A DNA stretch of 43,706 nucleotides from a virus (lineage: Duplodnaviria; Caudoviricetes), in the IMG/VR virus record IMGVR_UViG_3300049792_000050, positions 1 through 43,706 of that record; one strand, written 5' to 3'. The translations under genes were made by a program, and so were the position numbers. Numbering within the stretch: the first letter of the stretch is position 1; each line of letters begins with the position of its first letter. This document shows, in pieces, positions 32,177 through 38,976 of the stretch. The notes under the pieces were generated by a model. That model was given only the letters and a program-made list of their open reading frames with translations. It did not search any database and had not been told where the DNA came from.

Positions 32177-34498
32177 ATGCCGCGCGAGATTCCGCCAGAT
32201 ATCGACCCGGGGGGCGTGGGGGGCGGGGGCGGCCCGATCAATCCCAGGACCAAGATGTCGTGGATCCTCAAGGGCACCATGACGCAGGGCGCGCTAGAGG
32301 CGGTGTCGGGGCTCAAGGTCAACGCGTTCGTTCCCGGGTACGCATCGTGCCGCTTCGACATCAACGTTCTTCCGAACGCGCTCGCCGTCGCCGGCGTGAC
32401 CGAGCTCCGCCTGGCGCCACCGGTGGACTACGCGATGGACGAAGCCGCGCAACTGATCTATGCGCCGCCCCTGTGGGGTTCCCGCGTGCCGCCGCGGACA
32501 GGGTTCACCGGCAGGGGCCAGCTCGTCGCCATCATCGACACCGGAATCGACGCGCTGCACAAAGATTTCCGGAGCGAGGACGCGAATCTGGACACGCGCA
32601 TCATCGACGCGTGGGACATGACGCTCTCCGGCACCCCGCCGCCCGGGTTCAGTTACGGCGACCGCGTCGACAACTCGCGGATTCAGACCATGATCAACGC
32701 CGGGAATCAGACCGCGCTCGTGGACGACTCGGGGCACGGCACGATCATCTCCGGCATCGCGGTCGGGAACGGCGCGTCGCCGAACGGCAATATCCCGCTC
32801 CCCACGGGGGAGCCCGCCTATCGCTACGTCGGCATCGCACCCGAGGCCATGATTCTCATCGTCAAGCTCCCGGACCAGCCGACGACCGCTAACGTTGTGG
32901 ACGCCGTGCGTTGGGCGTTCGGCGTCGCGACGACGACCGGAAGGATGATCGTCTGCAACCTGTCGCTGTGCTCGCGAGAGGGGCCGCACGACGGGTTCAG
33001 CGACCTCGACAAGATGCTGGACGGGCTCATCGCGGCAGAGGAGGCCGCAGGGCGCACCGGTCGGCACATTGTCGCGGCCGCCGGTAATGAGGGGAACACC
33101 TACCGCCACGTGCACACCGTGATTCCGGGCGTCGGTTCCCCCGACGTGAACACCGATTGTTCCATCGCGTCCCACGTCTCAGGTGGAATCCAGGAGTCGC
33201 TCTGGGTCCAGGGCTGGGCCTCCGACGCCACGAGCGAATACACGCTCAAGGTCATGCCTTACGCGAGCTCGCACGATTTCGTCGCGGCGCATGGGGTCGA
33301 AACGACCGAGACGTTCGGCGGCGTCACGGTCACGATTCGGAACCAGGTCGACGCGGCCGTGAACGGCAAGCGGAAAATCGACGTGTTCATCCGCTCGGAC
33401 ACGGCGACCATCGTCGGCCTGACCGCGTTCAAGCTCCACCGCACGGGCGGCGCGTCGGTCGCGGGCATCGTCGACTGGTACATCGTGCAGTCGATCACCA
33501 ACGGCGCGCGCGACACATTTAGGTGGCCGCAGATTAACCCGCTGCCGCAGAGCATGATCGATTCGGGGATCACGTCTCCAGGCAGCTGCGCGTCGGCGCT
33601 GTGCGTGGGCGCGGAGTCGGCGAGTTCGCAGTTCCCGGACTCGACCGGCGTCATCGAGGTCCCGGGGACGGGCATCGTGGGGCAGTACCAGACGTTCTCA
33701 TCGCAGGGACCGCTGCTCGGAACCGCCACGGTCAAGCCCGACCTGGTGGCGCCGGCGACGGCGTTCGTGACCGCGTTGTCGTCGCGTCGCACGCCGACGG
33801 TCCCGAGCTACCAGGTCGATCGCGACCTGAAACACGCGCAGATCGTGCAGGGCACGACGCTAAGAGACGGCGGGACGTCGGTCGCCGCGGCGTTCGCCGC
33901 AGGCGCCGGCGCGCTCGTGCTGCACCGCAGCGGCCGGCAGGCGAACTCGCAATGGCTCGCGGCCATGAAACTGCTCAGGACCGATCGCATCGCTCCGCCC
34001 ACGGGAACGCCGCGAGACTCGGCCGCCCAGGACCCACTCCCGAACAACTTGCTCGGGAACGGGAAGCTCTGGCTTCAAAGCATGGCGGGGAACGTCGGCG
34101 TCGAGCCGAATCCGGTCATCCCGCCGACGCCGGGCACGGGCGGCGGTTCTCCCGGTGACGTCGTCGGGCCCGATCCACCGGTGAAGCGCGCCGGCTCCGG
34201 CGTGGGGGACAGCAAGTACATGGACCCCGACACCGGCGAGGTTCACCCGATCGTCACCGGCGACCCGGCGCTTAGCACCTACCGGTTCGATCTGCCGGCC
34301 GGCGCTACGCCCCAGTTCACGCCATCCGTCACGCTGCGCATCGTCGATGACGTTGACGTGGAGGTCCATCACGCCAGTGGGTCGATCGCCGACGGCGACA
34401 CCATCTTGCGGTGGGATGCCTCAGCCCTGGGGCCTGGTAGGTATTTCGCGACCGTCATCTGTGGATCGCAGAGCGTGACTCGGACCGTTTACGTCTGA
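32177..34498 (+). CDS. Subtilisin-family (S8) serine protease with C-terminal T9SS/FlgD-Ig-like domain
   Basis: IIDTGID (Asp), DDSGHGT (His), AAAGNEG (oxyanion Asn), FSSQGP..KPDLVAP, GGTSVAA (Ser), PNNLLGNGKL; tail VTLRIVD...LRWDASALGPGRYFATV...SVTRTVYV. Confidence 0.9.
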   Translation: MPREIPPDIDPGGVGGGGGPINPRTKMSWILKGTMTQGALEAVSGLKVNAFVPGYASCRFDINVLPNALAVAGVTELRLAPPVDYAMDEAAQLIYAPPLWGSRVPPRTGFTGRGQLVAIIDTGIDALHKDFRSEDANLDTRIIDAWDMTLSGTPPPGFSYGDRVDNSRIQTMINAGNQTALVDDSGHGTIISGIAVGNGASPNGNIPLPTGEPAYRYVGIAPEAMILIVKLPDQPTTANVVDAVRWAFGVATTTGRMIVCNLSLCSREGPHDGFSDLDKMLDGLIAAEEAAGRTGRHIVAAAGNEGNTYRHVHTVIPGVGSPDVNTDCSIASHVSGGIQESLWVQGWASDATSEYTLKVMPYASSHDFVAAHGVETTETFGGVTVTIRNQVDAAVNGKRKIDVFIRSDTATIVGLTAFKLHRTGGASVAGIVDWYIVQSITNGARDTFRWPQINPLPQSMIDSGITSPGSCASALCVGAESASSQFPDSTGVIEVPGTGIVGQYQTFSSQGPLLGTATVKPDLVAPATAFVTALSSRRTPTVPSYQVDRDLKHAQIVQGTTLRDGGTSVAAAFAAGAGALVLHRSGRQANSQWLAAMKLLRTDRIAPPTGTPRDSAAQDPLPNNLLGNGKLWLQSMAGNVGVEPNPVIPPTPGTGGGSPGDVVGPDPPVKRAGSGVGDSKYMDPDTGEVHPIVTGDPALSTYRFDLPAGATPQFTPSVTLRIVDDVDVEVHHASGSIADGDTILRWDASALGPGRYFATVICGSQSVTRTVYV

Positions 34499-34512
34499 GC
34501 GTTGCCGATGAG

Positions 34513-34550
34513 AACGGCCGCCCCGGTAGTCCGGAGCGGCCGTTTCTTTT
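34513..34550 (+). terminator. Rho-independent terminator of the portal-protease operon
   Basis: AACGGCCGC-C-CCGG-TAGT-CCGG-A-GCGGCCGTT hairpin followed by TCTTTT. Confidence 0.8.
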
Positions 34551-34571
34551 ATGGCCCCGCGAGCCCCCGTT

Positions 34572-34838
34572 CTAAGGCGTTCTGCTCAGCTCTCTCTCGC
34601 AGTAGATCATCAGCTTGTGCTGCGGGCCATTCCCCTTCTTCGCGTCCCAGATCAGGTGCTCGATTCGAACGACCCGCAGCAGTGGGTCCTGGGGAGCCCC
34701 GTCGTCACGCATGAACTGATCGTTGACGAAGTCTCCGACGGAGATCGCTTGAAAGGTAGTGGGGGCCTCGAACGCGGCGATCGGGTCGCGCGCTCGCGGG
34801 CCTTCGTATAGCTCCAGCGTATACATGGATTTGCTCAC
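34572..34838 (-). CDS. Hypothetical protein (88 aa)
   Basis: AAGGAA upstream; globular-looking composition; downstream of the replication gene. Confidence 0.6.
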   Translation of the reverse strand: MSKSMYTLELYEGPRARDPIAAFEAPTTFQAISVGDFVNDQFMRDDGAPQDPLLRVVRIEHLIWDAKKGNGPQHKLMIYCERELSRTP

Positions 34839-34952
34839 TGGGCGTTCCTTGGTTGCGCCTCGGCCGCGCGCACCGCATTCGCGGCCGCGACTTCCTCGGC
34901 AATGCGAAGAGACCTACCACAGGGAAGTGTCAGCGGTGATCGAACCGCAAAC

Positions 34953-36140
34953 TCACGAGTTAATCATACCCCGCGCGGCGAACGTGCACGCCTCGCCGTA
35001 CTCGGCTCCGCCGTCGACGAGCTGTTCGATCCGGCGCGAGAAGGCGCGGGCGGCGGCGCGGTCCTCGGCCATCCGCTCGTCGTGCTGGCGCTCGCCGACG
35101 TCGGCGTTGTACCGCATGGCCTCGCCGGGCACGATCCGGAGCACGACCGCGTAGAGGCTCGAGAGCAGTCGAACACCCGGCCTGCCGGCCATGTCCTGGT
35201 ACCGCTGGACCGCCTCGAGCGCGCAGCGAAACCCGTGCTCGAGCGCGGCGAGGCCCACACCTCGCGCCTCGCCGGCGGCCGCGACCAGCCCGGCCTGCAT
35301 CGCCTGGCGCCGGGCGAGCTCGGTGAGCCGCGGGAACTCGACCAGGACGCGCCGAAGTGCGCGAACGTGTGAAGGATCCGTGGGTTGGGGTGGTTGTCCA
35401 CGGGGTTTTCCACAGGAGGGCGCGCCGCTCGGCGCGCTTCTTCCGGATCCAGATTCACCGGAGCCGGAAGAAGCTTCCTTTGACCTGAGGGCATTCTTCC
35501 GGTTCTCGGTAGAAGCACCAAGTGGGCCAAGCGGCAGAACCCCTTGTCCGGTATCATCTACGGGGACTTCGCGCTCGGGAGTCTGCGGCCATTTGTGGCC
35601 GCTCACACCGGCCACTTTTGGCCGCGGACCGTCACGCCCTTTCGCACCGGGAAGCTCCGGCCGGAACGCGGGATCGAGGTAGCGGCTCGTGTCGGCCTTC
35701 CGGCCACGGCCCTGCTCGAAGCTGATGCGTTCGACCACGAGGAAGACGAGTCCATCGCGGAATCGCCAGGTGCGCAGGTAAGGGTGAGGCTGGATCGACT
35801 CGTCAGCGCCAGCGTGGTCCTTCTCCAGGACCTTGATCCAGCGGCGCAGAGTGCGGGACGGGACGCCGGTCGCCTCGTGGAGCTGGTCGAGCGATCTCGG
35901 GGTCCTGCCGAACGCGTAGGGCGATTGCCCGCGGCACTCGTGGACGAGGTACAGCAGGAGGTGACTGGGGCTCCCGAGGCTCCGCCAGTGATGGCGGTCG
36001 AAGAGCCCGCGCGAGACCTCGAGCGGACGGCGTGGGTCGGGAACCCCGGGCGCAGGTGTGCCCTGGACGAGTTTCTCCACAGGGGCGCTTGCGGCGGGTC
36101 GGGGTTGCTGGTAGGGTTTTGGCCGGGTTTCGGCGTGCAA
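34953..36140 (-). CDS. Putative replication initiator (lambda O-like layout, N-terminal wHTH)
   Basis: AAAGGAG-N8-TTG start; LLLYL...SLDQLHEATGVPSRTLRRWIKVLEKD HTH; low-complexity linker containing DNA repeats. Confidence 0.65.
   Translation of the reverse strand: MHAETRPKPYQQPRPAASAPVEKLVQGTPAPGVPDPRRPLEVSRGLFDRHHWRSLGSPSHLLLYLVHECRGQSPYAFGRTPRSLDQLHEATGVPSRTLRRWIKVLEKDHAGADESIQPHPYLRTWRFRDGLVFLVVERISFEQGRGRKADTSRYLDPAFRPELPGAKGRDGPRPKVAGVSGHKWPQTPEREVPVDDTGQGVLPLGPLGASTENRKNALRSKEASSGSGESGSGRSAPSGAPSCGKPRGQPPQPTDPSHVRALRRVLVEFPRLTELARRQAMQAGLVAAAGEARGVGLAALEHGFRCALEAVQRYQDMAGRPGVRLLSSLYAVVLRIVPGEAMRYNADVGERQHDERMAEDRAAARAFSRRIEQLVDGGAEYGEACTFAARGMINS
35394..35624. other. Putative replication origin inside the initiator gene
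   Basis: Two CGGCCA-N4-TGGCCG palindromes (35585-35602, 35609-35624); DnaA-box-like TTTTCCACA (35406-35414) and TTGTCCACG (35394-35402). Confidence 0.55.
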
Positions 36141-36195
36141 ACCGCCGACTCCTTTCAGGGCGGCCGCGGGCAGACACCCCGGCCGCTCGTTTTTT
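36089..36195 (+). ncRNA. Candidate antisense RNA unit (promoter, about 70 nt RNA, terminator) over the initiator start codon and RBS
   Basis: TTGCGG-N17-TAGGGT with extended -10 TG (36089-36117); hairpin 36158-36188 followed by T6 (36190-36195). Confidence 0.5.
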
Positions 36196-36234
36196 GTGGC
36201 GGTCCCGGGTGAAATCGGAACCGCCTGTCTTGCG

Positions 36235-36263
36235 TTGATAGAACGCGAGTTAGCGGGTATCCT
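36235..36263 (+). promoter_or_regulatory. Putative promoter of the XRE HTH gene
   Basis: TTGATA-N17-TATCCT, then GGAGG RBS. Confidence 0.55.
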
Positions 36264-36299
36264 TGACGGCTGGTCCCCATTCGGAGGTCAGCCCCGCCC

Positions 36300-36608
36300 A
36301 TGTCCCCCAAGCGCCGGGTCACGATCGACTACCCGGAGTTCCCTCTCACACTGCGCAATCTTCGGCTCGGTCTCGCCGGGCGACTGGGCAGGCCGTACAC
36401 CCAGGAGCAGCTCGCGAAGAAGGTCAGGGTGACGCGATCGCACATTGCGAACGTCGAGGGGGCATTCATGCCGGCGAGCCCATCGTTGATCTTCAGGATC
36501 GCCGAGTTCTACGACATCGACCCGCGAATCGTTCGAAAGGCGTACGACGCAACGCGCGTGAAAGTAGCCTCGCCCGAGACGAAGCCCAAGCGGAAAAAAG
36601 CCAAATAA
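36300..36608 (+). CDS. XRE-family HTH regulator (candidate repressor)
   Basis: LRNLR...TQEQLAKKVRVTRSHIANVEG...IFRIAEFY. Confidence 0.85.
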   Translation: MSPKRRVTIDYPEFPLTLRNLRLGLAGRLGRPYTQEQLAKKVRVTRSHIANVEGAFMPASPSLIFRIAEFYDIDPRIVRKAYDATRVKVASPETKPKRKKAK

Positions 36609-36705
36609 GACATCCTCTGTAAGTGCAGTAAGTTAGCGGCGTAGATCTCGACATGACGGAATAAGACATTTTCCTATTGCCATAAGACCATCGCGCCGAT
36701 ACCTT
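36605..36705 (+). promoter_or_regulatory. Early-operon promoter with ATAAGAC direct repeats
   Basis: TTGCCA-N17-TACCTT (36677-36705); ATAAGAC at 36605, 36661 and 36682. Confidence 0.6.
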
Positions 36706-36755
36706 GGGTGCCACGCGCTGACAACGCGAGGGACAACGAACCCTAGGGAGGACCG

Positions 36756-37178
36756 ATGAGCCCCACCGAGACCCAGAACAACCCGAAGAGCGAACCGAGC
36801 GGCGACGAGCATCCGGCCGACGATCAGCAGATGACCACGTTTCGAATCGAGATCGACCGCACGGGGCGAACCCTGCTCCAGGGGTTTCACGTGGGAGCGC
36901 GCTTCTCGCCGCTGCGCGAGCTCGTCGACGAGTCGCGCGTCGCGGAGTTCGGCGACCACCTGATCGCGACCCAGGTGATCGCGCGGCTGCGCCACGCGGC
37001 GCCCCTGATGGTCGTCCGCAAGGACTGGGGCCGCATTGAGGGGGCCACGCTCCAGCGGCTCTGCTGCCGGGTCGAGACCACGGGCGGCGCCGCCAACATG
37101 CTGTTCTGGAACCCGGTTTCACGCGCTGCGCGCGCGCTTATGGACATGCCGAGCGGGCACGTCGTGGTGCGGAGGTGA
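36756..37178 (+). CDS. Hypothetical early protein
   Basis: GGGAGG RBS; first gene after the early promoter; coupled to the next gene. Confidence 0.7.
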   Translation: MSPTETQNNPKSEPSGDEHPADDQQMTTFRIEIDRTGRTLLQGFHVGARFSPLRELVDESRVAEFGDHLIATQVIARLRHAAPLMVVRKDWGRIEGATLQRLCCRVETTGGAANMLFWNPVSRAARALMDMPSGHVVVRR

Positions 37179-37774
37179 CCGTGATCCAGATCCTCGAGCT
37201 TGAGACGAATGACACGCAGTACGGGTTCCCCTGCCACGGCCTGGGGTCGCTCGTGGATCCACCGAAGCCATGCGGCGACGCCCGCGCGCGCACCCGGTTT
37301 CTGGCGGTGTCGGTGACGAGGTCCGGCGTGCGCCGGCGGACGTCGCTGTGCCAGGGGTGCGCGTCCGAGCTCGCCGCCAAGAAGGCGATGCCGATGCCGG
37401 AGCCCATGAATCAATCGCGCAGAGAAAGCGGGCAGTCGCTGATCGAGTTCGCTTTCGTGCTGCCGATTTTCCTGCTGGTCGTGCTGCTCGTCGCCGACGG
37501 CGCCGCGATCTTGTGGCGGTTCAACCTGACGACCGAGATCGCGCAAATGGTTTGCCGAGACGCCTCGATCTACGGGCCCGCCCAGGCGCAGGCGAATGGA
37601 GCGCAATACAGCGCGAAGTTCGGGCTCGTCTCGACGATCGCGGTCAGCTATGTCACTCCGGCGCGGAATGACGTCAGGGCAACGGTGATGACTCCGAACA
37701 AGGCCATCCTGTTCGGCAAGGGCATCATCATCGAATCGGTTCACGTCGCGCATGTCGAGATTCCAGCGCCATGA
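37175..37774 (+). CDS. TadE/TadG-like pilin domain protein (Cys-rich N-terminal extension, or internal start at 37388-37406)
   Basis: RRESG|QSLIEFAFVLPIFLLVVLLVADGA...AQMVCRDASI matches the TadE prepilin motif G|Q..(I/V)EF plus hydrophobic helix. Confidence 0.75.
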   Translation: MTVIQILELETNDTQYGFPCHGLGSLVDPPKPCGDARARTRFLAVSVTRSGVRRRTSLCQGCASELAAKKAMPMPEPMNQSRRESGQSLIEFAFVLPIFLLVVLLVADGAAILWRFNLTTEIAQMVCRDASIYGPAQAQANGAQYSAKFGLVSTIAVSYVTPARNDVRATVMTPNKAILFGKGIIIESVHVAHVEIPAP

Positions 37775-37920
37775 GCGGGGAAACGCCGACGCTCCGGGGC
37801 GTGGCGGCGGCCGAGCACGCGTGGTTCTGGATCGGCCTGGGATTGATTGCCCTCGGCTCGCTCATTCTGTGGCGGGCGCCGTTGCTGATCGGTTGGATCG
37901 CAGCGGGGGCGGGCTTGTGA
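37771..37920 (+). CDS. Small membrane protein (49 aa; not in the ORF track)
   Basis: ATGA/GTGA coupling on both sides; WFWIGLGLIALGSLILWRAPLLIGWIAAGAGL. Confidence 0.6.
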   Translation: MSGETPTLRGVAAAEHAWFWIGLGLIALGSLILWRAPLLIGWIAAGAGL

Positions 37921-38267
37921 CGCATGACCTGCGCGCCACGCTCGACCACCCGGACCGGCATCTGCAGCAGCCGCTGTTCGAGGTCGGCGCGCGCCTGCGC
38001 CGCGACACCGAGACCTTCATCGCCGAGCACCCCTGGGTCTACGACCGGGTCGTGAAGATGGCGCGCGACGACAGGGAGAACGGCTGGCCCCGCGGCAACG
38101 TGAACTTCTACTGGAGCGTGCTCCGCCGCGAGGCGGGCCCGAAGCCCCGCGACAAATGGGGGTTTGCTTTCAACAACGACTACCGGGCGCCGCTCGCGCG
38201 GATCATCGAGGAGCGCGAACCGGACCTGGCCGACTACTTCACGAAGCGCCCACAGAGGAGTGTGTGA
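37917..38267 (+). CDS. Conserved phage hypothetical protein
   Basis: FIAEHPWVYDRV...FAFNNDYRAPLAR...PDLADYF pattern, resembling small phage early proteins; coupled on both sides. Confidence 0.65.
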   Translation: MTHDLRATLDHPDRHLQQPLFEVGARLRRDTETFIAEHPWVYDRVVKMARDDRENGWPRGNVNFYWSVLRREAGPKPRDKWGFAFNNDYRAPLARIIEEREPDLADYFTKRPQRSV

Positions 38268-38479
38268 TGTCAGTGCAGATCGGAAGCAAGGTGCGACACA
38301 AGGCAACTGGAATCGTGGGAGTGGCCGCGACCGACGAATCGTCGTCGGTGGGCGGCAGGCGGATCCGCATCGACTACAAGGACGCGAAGGGCGACCACGA
38401 GTATTGGGCGCCCGAGAACGAGATCGAGGCGATTGCCGAGGTTGCAGCGCCGGATCGGACGTCTCCTCCTCGCTCCTAG
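38267..38479 (+). CDS. Small SH3-like hypothetical protein
   Basis: GAGGAG RBS; IGSKVRHKATGIVG...WAPENEIE. Confidence 0.65.
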   Translation: MSVQIGSKVRHKATGIVGVAATDESSSVGGRRIRIDYKDAKGDHEYWAPENEIEAIAEVAAPDRTSPPRS

Positions 38480-38568
38480 GGAGCGGGGGCCGGCGTGCTG
38501 CGCGTCACGCACGGACGGGCGATGCGGCCAGGGACGACCGGCCGGCCCCTTTCCCAAGGAGTGCGACG

Positions 38569-38751
38569 ATGGAAACCGAGATCTTCGACGACGTCTTCAC
38601 CGCGCGCACGCGCGGGCGCAGGGCCTGGCAGACCCGGCAGTCCCTCGCAGCGAACCCGTTCGAGAGCTCGACGCACCCGGACCTGTTCGCCGCCTGGGCA
38701 CAGGGCTGGCTCGGTGAAGACCACATCGCAGAACTAGAGGAAACGGAGTAG
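38569..38751 (+). CDS. Rmf/CrpP-fold small protein (60 aa)
   Basis: AAGGAG RBS; RGRRAW...NPF......AAWAQGW motif. Confidence 0.6.
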   Translation: METEIFDDVFTARTRGRRAWQTRQSLAANPFESSTHPDLFAAWAQGWLGEDHIAELEETE

Positions 38752-38976
38752 CGCGCCCGGTAGCCCGGCCTGGTCGCTCGCAGTCGCAGGTCCGCCGCGA
38801 CTGGAGCCGGAGCCGGGCGCGTAAGGAAAGAGGCCGCGGTGAGCGGGGTGCTGCTGGCGTTCCTTTCGACCCCGCGCAAGGAGGCAGTCGAGCTGGCGCG
38901 CGGTCTGAGGGCGCCAACCCTCGGTGGTCCATCCTGCCGCGGCCTCGATTCGCGCAGTCCACCGGAGGGATCCCAC

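Noticed and set aside
38839-38976. N-terminal extension of the ParB-like ORF as given in the ORF track
   Set aside because: A GGAGG RBS precedes GTG 38977 and the ParB-like sequence starts there; the upstream part looks non-coding and structured.
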